DNA from: Eledone cirrhosa
Lineage: Eukaryota
Reading direction: 5' to 3'
NCBI GenBank assembly: GCA_964016885.1
Contig: OZ024741.1
Location: 129,394,001-129,458,000 of the forward strand
DNA: 64,000 nt
The notes beneath the pieces were generated by a model. It did not search any database and was not told the DNA's origin. It saw only the letters and a program-made list of their open reading frames with translations. Below, piece by piece: positions 24,371 to 39,330 of the stretch (position 1 is the first letter of the stretch; each line of letters starts with the position of its first letter). A program made the translations under genes and the position numbers.

Positions 24371-25060
24371 TCTTCTTCTTCTTCTTCTTCTTCTTCTTCT
24401 TCTTCTTCTTCTTCTTCTTCTTCTTCTTCTTCTTCTTCTTCTTCTTCTTCTTCTTCTTCTTCTTCTTGTGAAGGTCGTGGGGACAGAGCCCTCAAATACT
24501 CCCTCCAGCGAGTCCTGTCAGAAGCAACCGTCTCCAACTGATCCGGCTGGATCCCCAAACAAGACCAACCAAGCTCATGGATGTTATCCAACTATCTTGC
24601 TCAGGGTCTACCCCTGGGTCTCTTGTCGGTTGGTTTTGCCTGTAAAATCTGTCCAGCGATTCTTTCCCGAGACGTTCTAACCACATACCCATAGTACCGG
24701 AGCTATGATCTCTCAATTCGGAGAAGTAGTGGCTCTACCTGGAGTTACTCTCTGATCTCGCATTTTATCAAGTAACATTATTCCAAAAACCCTTTGGAGA
24801 AACCCCATTTTAGCCGCTTGTATTCGTGATCGTATTCTTTGGTCATTACCCAAGATTCATGACCATAGGTAAAAGTTGGCACGAATACCGAATTAAAGAC
24901 AGCGAGTTTGGCTTATACACCAACCTCCCTTCTTATGATTATTGAATACTGAAGCTGGCGCATTACTGCACCAGCTCCTGCAATTCTTGCACTTAATCCA
25001 GCCTCCTGCTTTCCATCACTTGTGAACACAGCCCCGAGATTGAGCTTCTCCACATGCCTC
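24371..25060 (-). mobile_element. 3' end of an RTE-clade (Rex3/Expander-like) LINE with (GAA)n tail
   Basis: Encodes KLAVFNSVFVPTFTYGHESWVMTKRIRSRIQAAKMGFLQRV...LGIQPDQLETVASDRTRWREYLRALSPRP followed by (GAA)n. Confidence 0.85.
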
Positions 25061-27514
25061 CTGTGTTGGACATGAAAACAAAAACTCTTTTATTCAGTGA
25101 TTGATATTGAAATTTATTGATCACTTTGTTAATGTCATTCGAACTTGAAGCTGACCAATAGTAGTTCGATTTCGGATATAGGATATTTACTAATCAATAC
25201 AGTCATGCTCTTGTCATCATCATTAGGCTGATGTAATCGATTATAGTTTGCAATTAGTGTTCTTGAAATTATCTCAGTCAATCTAACATTTTACTGAAAT
25301 GAACAGACGTCGAATTTGTGGTGCAGAAACATGTTTCAATATTATTGATATCATTAGGGTGGTAGATTGGCAATATCGGTAGGGCGTCGGACAACATGCT
25401 TTATGGCATAGGGTTGCGCCTCTTACGATTTAAGTTCAAATCCTGTCGAGGTTAGCTTTGCCTTTCATCCTTACGTGGTCGATGAAATAAAGTACCAGTA
25501 ACGCACTGGGGTCGATTTAATCGACTTTCCCCTCCCCCAAAATTGTTGGCCTTGAGCCTAAATCAGAAACGAATATTATTGATATCATTAGTGTGTCTAC
25601 CATAATCAATAATGAATTATCTGTTGGATTTGTCGATGAGAATTCGTTTATAGACGGCGAATTGGCAGTCATTAAAATGTCGGATAGAATGCTTTGTGGT
25701 ATTCGATTTGGTTCTCTGTTTCCTGAGTTCAAATTCCGCCGAGGTCAACTTTTCCTTTCATCCATTCAAGATCGATAAAAAATGCACCAATCTAGAACTG
25801 GGGTCGATTCTTCCTCTATATCTCTTTCTCATTCTCTATCCTTCTCTGGAAGAAATTTGTTGTATTCAAACCTGGAGAGAGATGGGTGCCACTGGGTTTA
25901 AAGATGTCCTAGAAACACTGTATGTCAATGTAGCACCACTACGACTCCCTTGGGAGTTACGGGACTATATCATACTATACTATTCGTTTGTTCGATCAAC
26001 AGAACATCAGACTTATTAGATTAACATGTAGGTATTTCAATATTTCATAGGTAGGTGTACTCTTAATGCAATTTCCAAGCCGAATTAACGTGGCACAATA
26101 TATAAGATGACTGAAATTTTAAAGCTCATGTACAATCCCTCCTATAGTTTTCCATACAGATTCCATCTAGCCATTTTCATTCACAAGGCTTATTTCAACC
26201 CAAGGCTATGATAAAAGCATTTGCTCACGATTCCCCGCAGCAGAATCTTGCCTGAAATTTCATGACTGTGAAATGTACATCATAAGCATTCAACCATGCA
26301 TTCATTGTTAATGATCTTTCCAGGGCAGTGGATTGGCAGAGTTGTAAGAGAGTCAGACAGAACATTTAGCAGTATTTATTACAGCTTTTTATGTTTTAGT
26401 TCAAATCCCGTGGTGGCCAACTTTGCCTTTCATCCTTCCGATGTCGATGAGATAAAGTACGAAGTCACGCACTGGGGTCGATTTAATCGATTTAATAGTA
26501 CTGTTCAGTACTATACGAACATGTCAGACAACAACACGGCGGTAACATAGACAACATAGAAATTAGAATAATATCTAAACATAGAAATGACCCAGCAGAT
26601 AGGCAAATCAGAGAGGCCAGTGAAATAGAACTTAGAAGGCCAAGGCTAAACAGAAAAAATGAATGGAATAACAACACCCAAACAAACAACACTGACCTAA
26701 GAGAAATATAAATAAATAAATAGATAAATAAATAAATACATACACAAGCGCAATAACAACAAACACATATAAACACACACTAGTAAAGATAGAATACATT
26801 AACCAATACACAGTCACCCAATCACGAACACACATCAAACAAAACACTATACACACACGCAAACGCATGCGCAAAGAAGACAAAAATAAATAAATAAACA
26901 AATAAATAAATATATAAACAGACTAAATAAAGATGGCGTAGAAAATACAATGCAACGGGAGGAAACAATAGCACCACTGACAATGTTGCAGATGTGCAAC
27001 GAAAGAACTTTGATAGACTATATATATGTGTTTGTGTCTATATTGTATCTGTATTTTTGACCGTTGGTCAGTCAATGGCAACATTGAGGACCGAATAAAT
27101 TAAATTACCAATATAAAAGACACAGAAGAGAAAAGCGAAAACCAACCAAACAGTGAGTGTGTTCTGTTATTAATTCTGGCAATATTACACAAATATGACC
27201 CTCCCCAAGTATAACAATATTTGTTTCGACACATGATTTCATATCAAAAACCTCGCAAAACTAATTCATCGCCGTTCCAGCATAGTTACGTCCCTTTACG
27301 ATCTGAGTTCAAATCCCGCCGAGGTTGACTTTGCCTTTCATCCTTACGGGGTCGATAAAATAAAGTACCAGTAATACACTGGATAATTGGTGGCCTTGTG
27401 CCTAAAGTAGAAACAGTTATATATATATATATATAGTATTATTAAATTATTATTAAAGGTATTATTAAATGTTTTTTGCTTTAAACCCCGTTATTTTTTA
27501 CGGGTACTTTGCCA

Positions 27515-27621
<107 letters not shown>

Positions 27622-27809
27622 CGCGTGTGTGTACATATATCGACAGTCGATCGACTTTCGTCAAATCGGACCGAGGAAACAATGTTTCCGTTGGTCTTTT
27701 CAATTGCTAATACTATCTATCGGTCGCAACTCCAGGTAGAAAGAGCAACGTGAAATAAAGTGTTTTGCTCAAGGACATAACGCATCGAAACATTGTTTCC
27801 TCGGTCCTA

Positions 27810-27872
<63 letters not shown>

Positions 27873-28394
27873 GCGTGTGTGTGTGTGTGTGTTGTGTGTG
27901 TGTGTGCATAAACTAACCTCATTAGAAATCATTTGGTTTTATCGGCCTCAGATTGAGGAGACATCATAACAGATTACATTGCTTTAATCAGAAACCTCCA
28001 AATACCGCAATGAAAGGCACAATCACTATATTTGTTATATATTCATGAACACTGGTCTGTGTTCTTTAATCTGTCAAGTTTTTCAGTCAACGATGTATGT
28101 ATAGAACCTCCTACCCACATAATCTATGTTATTTTTCTCTTTGTTTTCTGCCTGGTACTATGTAGGAATTGCAGGTGCAGTACATCAAACGGGCTTCCAA
28201 ACAGTTTCCGTTAACCCAATTTCATTCATAAAGCATGGATCAACTCGATGTATGGTAAATGACACTTGCCCAAAATGCTACGCTGTGGGATCAAAACTGG
28301 GATCTAAAGATTGTGAAGGGAATTTCATAACTATTCGGTTATAAGGTGTCCACCTTCTTACTTGTAACAAAAGAAAATTATTTTGATTATTGTT

Positions 28395-28845
28395 TGGATT
28401 GACAGTATCGGTAGAGCGCCTGACAACATGCTTCGCAGCACAGAGTTACAGCACTTTACGTTCTGAGATCAAATCGCGCCGAGATTAGCTGTCTTTCCTC
28501 CTTACAGGGTCAATAAAATAAAGCACCAATAAGTACTGGGGTCGATTTAATCGACTTTACCCTCCCCCAAAAGTTGTTGGCCTTGTGCCTATATAAGAAA
28601 CAATTATTATAGTTTATGTTGTTGTTAGGGTGGTGAATTGGTAGTGTCGGGAGAGCGTTGGACACCATGCTTCGTAGCATAAAGTTACATTCTTTTATGT
28701 TCTGAGTTCAAATCCCGCCGAGGTTAGCTTTGTCTTTCATCCTTACGGGGTCGATAAAATAAAGTACCAGCAACGCACTGGAGTCGATCCAATAGACTTT
28801 ACTATCTCCCACAAATGATTTGCCTTGTGCCTAAATTAGAAACCA
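28395..28845 (+). mobile_element. Two tandem tRNA-derived SINEs
   Basis: Consensus match twice. Confidence 0.85.
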
Positions 28846-29217
28846 TTGTTGTTGTTGTTGTTGTATTTTCCACCGTGGGGTAACACGTCTTATTAATCAG
28901 CTCCTATTTGACTTGTAACAATATTGGTTTCTCCAACGTACGTTAGATTTATTAAGTCTGTTATCATACTTTGTTATTGTTATCATATGAATAATTGGAT
29001 TGAAATGAATGAAGTGGATTGGATGGGATTGTTAGAAGAATCGTTAGAGCGTCAGGTATAATGCATTGTCCTATTTAGATATGTTCTGTGGGGAAATACC
29101 ACGGTCAAGATTCAAGATTGTATTTTTATCATTATCTGTTGAATAGATAGACAGATAGATAGATGGATAGATAGGTAGTGTATAAAAGTGTAGATGGGTG
29201 ATTGGATATATATATAT

Positions 29218-29262
<45 letters not shown>

Positions 29263-29324
29263 GAGAGAGAGAGAGAGAGAGAGAGATGGGTAGGTAGATA
29301 GATAGTGTATAATAGTGCATAATA

Positions 29325-29513
29325 ATTGTTTCTACTTTTGGCACAAGGCCAGTAATTACCCAGTGTATTACTGGTACTTTATTTTATCGACCCCGTAAGG
29401 ATGAAAGGCAAAGTTAAGCTCGGCGGGATTTGAACTCAGAATGGCAAGGGCCGTAACTCTATGCGTCAAAGCATGGTGTCCCACCCTCTACAGATACTGC
29501 CAATCCACCGCCC
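29325..29513 (-). mobile_element. tRNA-derived SINE
   Basis: Full consensus, reverse orientation. Confidence 0.88.
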
Positions 29514-29776
29514 TAATGGTGTATAATAATGTTGAGTATATGAATGTGTTGAGAGTGTGCACCTGTGATTATGTATGTTATTTAAAGGTGTGACATACGG
29601 CTTGTATATAAGGCAGGTACATGTAATCTCAGGTAAACTAAGGAAATGGTGACTGAGGAATTCTATTGACAAATAAGTTTCTGTAAAAACAGAACATTCC
29701 AGACCATCCTTTGAAATATATACATATGTAAAAGCTTATCTACACACGTATACACCCCGCCCTCACACACACACAC

Positions 29777-29823
<47 letters not shown>

Positions 29824-29830
29824 TATATAT

Positions 29831-29899
<69 letters not shown>

Positions 29900-29907
29900 T
29901 ATATACG

Positions 29908-29938
<31 letters not shown>

Positions 29939-30189
29939 GGAAAAGTTCTATTTAAATTGTTGGGATACAACAAGCAAATATTTTTATACCAGATATAAAG
30001 CACTCAACAAGTATTTGGAGTAAATATACGATATTAACAAATGGAAACTATATTTATAAAACCATATCTATTTTATTATACATATTTCAAGGATACCATG
30101 TTAAATTATGGTATGCTTTCATCAGACAAAATACAATATATACCAGTTTTATAAATAAATATTGACATACCCTTTCAAAATGCAACCGT

Positions 30190-30725
<536 letters not shown>

Positions 30726-30797
30726 GACCAACGGAAACATTGTTTCCTCGGTCCGATTTGACGAAAGCCGATCGACAAAATATATATATATATATAT

Positions 30798-30990
30798 AAC
30801 GAAGGAATTGTGGTAAGGAACCAGATGGACCATAACGCACCATAGTACTCAATACTTAGGGTAGTAGAGTGGGTAATAGGAAAATGTATGACCCCAACGG
30901 CAGAGCTCAAGCCGTTTCGACGGCTATTTCTCCAGAAATAGCCGTCGAAACGGCTTGAGCTCTGCCGTCGGGGTCATACTTTTTCCTATA
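30798..30990. mobile_element. Short foldback fragment family in (TA)n; also 8759-8815, 31643-31725, 37741-37842
   Basis: Palindrome centred ~30931 (GAGCTCAAGCCGTTTCGACGGCTATTTCT cc AGAAATAGCCGTCGAAACGGCTTGAGCTC); shared GCGTTATGGTCCAYCTGGTTCCTTACCAC block. Confidence 0.7.
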
Positions 30991-30994
30991 TATT

Positions 30995-31025
<31 letters not shown>

Positions 31026-31170
31026 ATATTTAAAAGTTAAACAAGGTTCAATGAATACATCAAAGAATGAGTTTTACAATAGATTGGAAGCACTCAACAG
31101 TTAAAGGTTTTCCAGTGTTATTAATATTAATTCAAAATATTAACAAAATAGATATTCTTGTGATCAATTA

Positions 31171-31237
31171 TATTTTATTATACATATTTCAGAGGTACTG
31201 AGTTAAGTTCAACACTACGTCCTCATCAGATAAAATA
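31171..31237 (-). ncRNA. Type I hammerhead ribozyme
   Basis: Near reverse complement of 31319-31385. Confidence 0.82.
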
Positions 31238-31318
31238 AGATGATGCATTACATACCCTGACATAGTAGATGACTGAATCTTAACCATCTACTATGTCAGG
31301 GAATGTCATACATCATCT

Positions 31319-31385
31319 TATTTTATCTGATGAGGACGTACTGTTGAACTTAACTCAGTACCTCTGAAATATGTATAATAAAATA
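31319..31385 (+). ncRNA. Type I hammerhead ribozyme
   Basis: TATTTTAT-CTGATGA-GGACGTACTG...CAGTACCTCT-GAAA-TATGTA-TA-ATAAAATA. Confidence 0.85.
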
Positions 31386-31525
31386 TAATTGATCACAATA
31401 ATATCTATTTTGTTAATATTTTGAATTAATATTAATAACTCTGGAAAACCTTTTACTGTTGAGTCTTCCAATCTATTGTAAAACTCATTCTTTGATGTAT
31501 TCATTGAACCTTGTTTAACTTTTAA

Positions 31526-31644
<119 letters not shown>

Positions 31645-31723
31645 CTTAGTATTGAGTCCTCTGGTGCGTTATGGTCCATCTGGTGCGTTATGGTCCATCT
31701 GGTTCCTTACCACAATTCCTTTG

Positions 31724-31776
<53 letters not shown>

Positions 31777-31825
31777 CACACACATACATATATACACACC
31801 GTACACTTACATACACATATAAATG

Positions 31826-31898
<73 letters not shown>

Positions 31899-32189
31899 TC
31901 ATGCATACACACGCACACACACATTCATACATACATATATACATACATATAACACACACGTACACACAAACATACGCATACATACGTACGGCCACTCATA
32001 CAAATACGTACACTCATAAATATACACATATACACAAACACATATACAGTATAAAGATGAAGTACGCTCTACATGCGGAAAGAGCAGATAGGTAAGAAGT
32101 ACTTACATGACCATAGTGCCGTGTTTCGGGTCGAGAGGGTGTAGGGGTAGTGTGGGAAGGAGGTGGATTTGATTTGTCCGGTCTTCTGA

Positions 32190-32524
32190 AAGAGTGGTAT
32201 GGGCATACCACCGGGTCTTAAAATTATTGGAAGTCATGCCGATGTAAGTCTTTTTGTTGTTGCTGACATCGGTGCCTGAGATGACATCACATTTGTATAC
32301 GATGTCATTTGTCAGGCATTTGTTTTCAAGTGGGCAGGCTTCCTTATTTAGGCAGTTTCACAATGCTTCAGTCCGGGGATTGGGTTCGGAGGTAGTTGGC
32401 ATATTTCATTTTTTAGAATTGAGATTGGCTATATTCCTAGCTAAGATAGGTGTGGTGGAGTAGGAGAGTCTTATTGTGTTCTTATTGAAGATGGTGTAGT
32501 ACCTATGTTGTATGGGGAAGTGTG
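32190..32524 (-). pseudogene. PLE RT C-terminal/GIY-YIG endonuclease fragment
   Basis: HFPIQHRYYTIFNKNTIRLSYSTTPILARNIANLNSKK...NCLNKEACPLENKCLTNDIVYKCDV...KTYIGMTSNNFKTRWYAH. Confidence 0.85.
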
Positions 32525-32767
32525 TATATATATAATACTAATACTCTGTGATTGCTTGCTTGCTTGTCTGTAATGTAATACATCCAAAAGGGCGCATAAT
32601 GAGAAAATACTTTGAAAGGAAGTTGAGCCTGAAATGCGAATACAATTGGAATAAAACAAGTTTCGCGTAAATCGGAGCACGGATTCCCGAGATACGGGAT
32701 TTTTCCCGGTACCTTCAAAAACAGAGAGAGAGAGAGGAAGAATTGAAGAGAGAGCTGGGTGCGTTGT

Positions 32768-32797
<30 letters not shown>

Positions 32798-32798
<1 letters not shown>

Positions 32799-33030
32799 TT
32801 CACCGTATTTTTTACTAAAGAAATTTTAGTCTGATAGTGGGGATTAGAACCCTCAAAGGATTGGAAAAAGACGAGTATTGACGTACATGTAGGTCAATAC
32901 TCATCTTTTTCCATTTCTCTGAGGGTTCTAAACCCCACTATCAGACTAAAATTTCTTTAGTCAAAAATACGGTGAAAGCTTATATTTCTAATTTCAAACG
33001 CGCTCACTGTTTTCAAAACATACTTACTTA
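32798..33030. mobile_element. Foldback element (18836 family)
   Basis: Palindrome centred on GACGTACATGTAGGTC (~32888). Confidence 0.85.
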
Positions 33031-33278
33031 TATATATATATATATATGCATTTTACATTCATTTCATTTATTGATTTATTGATAATTTATCTGAGTGGCC
33101 CGAATCTTCCATATCGAACTTTTCGGTTATTTGGTTGATTGTAGACATATTCTACGTGTGACGGTATTTTAACGATAGTTATAGCTCTAATTTATTTGAA
33201 TTATAGAGCCCTCTGCCGATCATCTCGAATTTTGTTTATCGTGAACTCGTGCGCCGATTTTTCGATACTCGATTATTC

Positions 33279-33355
<77 letters not shown>

Positions 33356-33426
33356 AGTGTGTGTGTATATATATGTGAGTGTATGTGTGTGTCTATGACC
33401 AGTGTATATAGATCACAGACACCCAC

Positions 33427-33654
<228 letters not shown>

Positions 33655-33832
33655 GCATCTATATATTTCCATACACACACGTACATATATGGGCCTTCCA
33701 GTTTTATTTCACATTATATACATGTCTGCGTATATTTTAATTATTTGAAAATTATTTTGAAGTGAACGTGACCCAACGGGTCATGGGCGGTCTAATATAT
33801 ATATATATATATATATATACAATCATCCATTC

Positions 33833-33908
<76 letters not shown>

Positions 33909-34006
33909 GTCTGTCTGTCTGTCTATCTATTGAAGAGGCAATTATTCAACAGAGTACTGGATACTTGGGGTAGTAGAGTATGGCTATATTATGTATATAT
34001 ATATAT

Positions 34007-34039
<33 letters not shown>

Positions 34040-34713
34040 ATATATATATATAATAGATTTATTTATATATGTATAATGCATGTAATCTTGTGTGTATGTG
34101 TGTGTGCATGTATGCATATGTGTGTCCTGAAAACCTAAGTTTACGGCACTAATGTTTCAAATGGAATTTAGAATATGACAATAATAAAGTCGTTAACAAC
34201 AGAAAAATAAAATACGATACAATAAGATGCAATAAAACACAACACCAATCACAACAACAAGTACAACGTTAACATTGGCACTGCTCAAGGAATACAATTA
34301 ATTGAATATTACGTCTTTTGAAGCAATACAAAGAGAGACATAACTGTAAATGGAACGACATTACTATATAAACTGTCCTAAATATTGTGACTTATACGCA
34401 TTCCTGACACTTCTCTAAAATATTACTATGTTAAAAGGGGTATAGAAATGAATGGTTCCTTTTTTTAATTTTTTTTTTATAAGTAAGTATGTTTTGAAAC
34501 AGCGAGCGGGTTTGAAATTAGAAATAGCAGCTTTCGCCATATTTTTTGACTAAAGAAATTTTAGCCTGATAGTGAGGTTTAGAACCCCCTAACAAATGAA
34601 AAAAGATGAGTATTGACGTACATAGGAGCCGAACCCACATCTTTGGTTATCCAGACCACTGGGCTATCATTACACCATCACCCATGGGTGATGTGTTGGT
34701 GTAATGATTCATC

Positions 34714-35630
34714 AAGGTGTTTGTGTTTTAAAATTACGAGTTTATGGTGGATGTAATGCGAAATTAAACTGTTAGAAGAATCGCTATAGAACAACTCGAA
34801 TCAAGGATAAGAATATAATAAGACCAATATATAATCCATAGCTGCAACTAATTAAAAACATTCACTAAAATAGAACTTAACCAATGTAATGGAAAAGATA
34901 GCAATAACATTGATACTCTCAACACATACACATTTGAACAGTACAGAAACAATCATCGCATTACATCAACCATAAACTCGTAATGTTAATACACAAACAC
35001 CTTTGCCTGCTTTATATGCTTGTAAACCTATGTTATTTTTTATGTGTTACCTTTGCCATACAGTAATTATATATGCCTAGTACCATTGCTTGTTTCCTTC
35101 CTATATATGCCTAACTATATTTGCACTCGCTACACGCTCGCTACACGTATTGCTGGTGTCCTTGTTTTACGAGTAACTTTTCTCCTTAATGCCTCTTTAA
35201 TTATTATACTATTCCCTTGTGATATCTGTCGCATGCATTCCACTCTGTGCTTTATAATCTATAATTATTGTACAATTCTCTTGTAATATATGTCGCACCA
35301 ATTCCACTCTGTAAATACGAAACTGTTGTTGACAGCACTAATATCCATGTATCTACATGATTGTTCAGTTGAATAGGAGGTTAACTATATGTACATTGCT
35401 TGTGCTCCGATGACATCAAACGAAAGTTTGGAAGAAACGATTGTCAGCAATTAAATGATTTGAACATAACTTTGATTGTTGTATAATTTATATTCCTGCT
35501 CTGTAAAACATCTGATGTATTTACATTGAGCTTTTTTTCTTACTGGTAATAAGGTAGTAATAAATTACTGACCTTTTCTGTTTATAGTTGTATATAGTGT
35601 ATACATAACTATAAATAGTATCATTATTAT
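34714..35630 (+). mobile_element. PLE pLTR-type element with 5' inverted segment (20015/55425 family)
   Basis: 34714-34760 is the reverse complement of 34956-35002; 35150-35630 aligns to 55770-56310. Confidence 0.78.
35403..35449 (+). ncRNA. Minimal hammerhead ribozyme, CCGATGA core
   Basis: TGCT-CCGATGA-caTCAAAC gaaa GTTTGGaa-GAAA-CGATTG-TC-AGCA. Confidence 0.75.
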
Positions 35631-36091
35631 TATATAGATATATATTAGAATTGGTGCTCTGAAATAGCGATATATATATGAATGTATATATAGTGTATTT
35701 TGCAATACACTGTATGCTTAATTAAAAGCATTTTGAAGACCATACGCTATTGTTTTAAAGTAGCGACAATGTCGCTTACTTAAATTTTCAGCAAACAAGG
35801 AGAGATAAGCTGACAGAGCTCTGTTTCGTACTTTTTGGTACTTATCAAAGCTCACTACTCTCCCCGTTTGCTGAAAATAGATATATATGGTGAAAATAGA
35901 TATATATGTATTTAAAAGGTAAACAGAAGTAAACACAATCGGTACAGTATATAGAAGGAATATATTAGGTTAACGCTTTAAATAACAGGAAGAGGGTTTT
36001 AACGTTTCGGATGCTAGTCCTTCATCAAAAGAGAGAATGAGAAATTACATAGATTGAAGGGGCGGGCGGCGTGGAATTGGAAAAAAAAATA

Positions 36092-36138
<47 letters not shown>

Positions 36139-36195
36139 GTTCCCTTGTCGTTTCTGTTTGAATTGCCTTTGGAACGTAACCTTATTATATAAGAA

Positions 36196-36270
36196 GCTGT
36201 CTGATGATGTCACGGCACTGGGTACACGGAATCGTGTGGCCACTGTCGTCATTGAAATATGTATCACAGC
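36196..36270 (+). ncRNA. Type I hammerhead ribozyme with extended stem II
   Basis: GCTGT-CTGATGA-tgtcACGGCA..ACACGgaatCGTGT..TGTCGTcatt-GAAA-TATGTA-TC-ACAGC; partial relative on minus at ~50130-50180. Confidence 0.78.
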
Positions 36271-36314
36271 ATTACCTATAAAGGACTTTAACATCTGAAA
36301 GTACTTCGCATTTT

Positions 36315-36476
<162 letters not shown>

Positions 36477-37015
36477 ATACATTTAAGCTATGAAAACATA
36501 TATATATGTTTTGATACCTTAAATTTGTATATAACAGCTCCAATCTTTTTATTTGTTGAGCTACTCACACTGTGACTAATATTTTGTACCTGTTTCTAGC
36601 GGGAATGACATCCAGTTTTGTTTGTATCTGCCACTACGGATTAAACGTGATTACACCTCGCTGTCTATCGTGTGGGAGTGACTTGTAGATCCTGACAGAT
36701 ATAAATAAGTAGTTTGTACAATACACTTTATTGCAACTTTATTTAATTGACATAAATTCCTGATGGTTGATTCATGTCTCCCATAACTTGGACAGTTGGT
36801 GATCAATGATCGATCGATTAGATCGATTTTAAGTTGTGGTTCTTCGAATCATGAAATTGCGCTATTAGGAAATAAGAACTTTTTCCATTTTGAAGTACGT
36901 ATTTTTCATAAATATTATGAGCTTTTGCTGTACGTACAAAATAGTGTGTTTCTCAAAAGATATATGGCGCTTTCTTTCTCCCTCCATCCTCTTTCTCCTC
37001 ATCTCCCCCCCCCTC

Positions 37016-37175
<160 letters not shown>

Positions 37176-37234
37176 ATAAAATAAAATAAAATATAATAAA
37201 TAAGTCAAATGTTTCAAATTTGGCTTCGTTTATT

Positions 37235-37289
37235 ACTGCTATATATATTTCGGTGACAGCCATCTTTGGCTGTGACCTCTTCAGGCAGT
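37235..37289 (-). ncRNA. Canonical minimal type I hammerhead ribozyme
   Basis: ACTGC-CTGAAGA-GGTCACAGCCAaagaTGGCTGTCACC-GAAA-TATATA-TA-GCAGT. Confidence 0.88.
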
Positions 37290-37419
37290 CCGAATGAGTG
37301 TGGTAGAGACGAGTACACATGTTGTTGAGGTGTTTAACTTTGTCAATACTCTGATATGCCCAGTTCCTGGTTGGGTTGTTTCTGGTTGAGTTGTACTCGT
37401 CTCTACCACACTAATTCGG

Positions 37420-37474
37420 ACTACCTGAAGGGGTCACAGCCAAAGATGGCTGTCACCGAAATATATATAGCAGT
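37420..37474 (+). ncRNA. Hammerhead copy with A9G core and a stem I mismatch (probably inactive)
   Basis: ACTAC-CTGAAGG-GGTCACAGCCA...GAAA-TATATA-TA-GCAGT. Confidence 0.7.
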
Positions 37475-37618
37475 AATAAACGAAGCAAAATTTTAAACAT
37501 TTGACTTATTTATTTTATTTTTACATTACTCCGGAGTAACCAAACCAACCTGCGCACTTCGTCGAGTGCTCCAATCTGCATACTGAGGTGTTGGTATACA
37601 CACCAACATATACTCAAA

Positions 37619-37743
<125 letters not shown>

Positions 37744-37840
37744 AACCAGTAAGACCCCGACAGCTGAGCTCCTACTACCTCAAGTATCGAGTACTTTGGT
37801 GCGTTATGGTCCACCTGGTTCCTTACCACATTTCCTTCGT

Positions 37841-37893
<53 letters not shown>

Positions 37894-38229
37894 GTGTGTG
37901 TGTGTGTGTATTATATTATATATATATACTTGTCAGCTTGTTAGCTATTCATTTTGTTCAATGGTGCGATAAGTGTCAACTAGATTGATAGACAAGGTTA
38001 AGAGAAGGAAAGAGACATCGATATGTCTGTATGTCAATATGTATGTAAAAAACATAAGTACGTATGTATTAAGTATGTATGTTTTGTGAGTTTGGGTACA
38101 TAGACACAAAGAGAAGACTACATGTACCCACATATAGAGGGAGATAGATAGATAGATGGACGGAGAGATAGATAGTCAGACAGACACATAGATAGACATC
38201 ATTCTTTCTTCCCTCTCTCTCTTTTAAAC

Positions 38230-39330
38230 AGACGTACCGTCATCTACTACCGCTTGACTGTCGTGCCTTGTCCCCGTGAATACCTCACCAAGATGGAACG
38301 CATGCTTTTTCAGTTCCGGTGGAAGAAGCAGGCACCATTGGTGAGGAGATCCGTCTGCTATTAACACCCTTCCAACGGAGGGCTGGGCATGCCGTGGCTA
38401 ATTATGCGCAAACATGCGCTGAGGCTACGGCATCTCCAGGTATTCCTCACCGACCAACCGGTGTGGGCACCGTTTGTGAGACAGGCTTTCCCACAACTTG
38501 TCTCGCTGACGGAGCTGCAGTCCTGGGTCAAGCGAAGACCGAAGAAGATGGGCGCCTGGCACATTGAATGCGTCTAGGCGCTCACAGTCCTCTGTCAAGC
38601 GGGCACAGCAATCAGTGGAGGCTCCACTTCGACATTCTATAGAGGGTTATTACTTTACAAGTGCGACGACGTGCTCGGGGAGACTCTAGGCGTCGAAGAC
38701 GACGAGCTCACCAGTCTGTTCTGTAGAACCTTTCGCCCGGGACCTATGGACAACTTCCAGAGGTCCCTGGTCTGGCAGTTCTACCGAGGAGCTCTACCCG
38801 TTCGAGACAAGATCTACAGGCACGGACGCCCCGGCAGGGATCCTTCCAAGAGGACGTGTCCAAAATGCGAGCAGGACATTGAAACCGTCTTGCACGCAAT
38901 TGTACACTGTCCGGGCGTAAGCGACCTGTGGAACTATGCAGAACAACTGCTGTCGCGTATGGGACAAATCCAGTTGACTGCCGAGTCCATAGTAAGGATC
39001 AAACCGCCAGCCTCTTTCAAAAACGAAAGAGAGGCGGTTTTCCTCTGTACAGTGGCTATGGTGAAAGAGGTTATATGGTGGACGAGATTGAGAGGACTGA
39101 GGACAGATGCCTTTCTCTCCGGACAATTGATGCTCTTCGTTAATTATCACTTTAGAAGGAGAATCAGAGTGGAGAGAGAGGCACTGCACCCCAGTAAATT
39201 TACTGAAAGGTGGGTGAATGAAGCGAAAATAAACCGAGTGATTGGGCCTTCTCTGTTTATAAGCTTGTAGGTTAAAGAAGAGAGCAAAAGGAAGAAAGGA
39301 GCACTTGCACAACACGCTCCTGAAGTTGAG
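38230..39330 (+). mobile_element. 5'-truncated L1/Tx1-clade LINE, ORF2 C-terminus with RT-associated zinc finger (stops present)
   Basis: YYRLTVVPCP...FQFRWKK..PLVRR...GGLGMPWL, then LPVRDKIYRHG...CPKCEQDIETVLHAIVHCP. Confidence 0.85.

Noticed and set aside
35996-36032. Minus-strand TTGATGA-AGGA...TCC-GAAACGTT
   Set aside because: U3 with G8 is uncompensated and stem I is weak; at best a relic, so not counted. Likewise 12520-12565.
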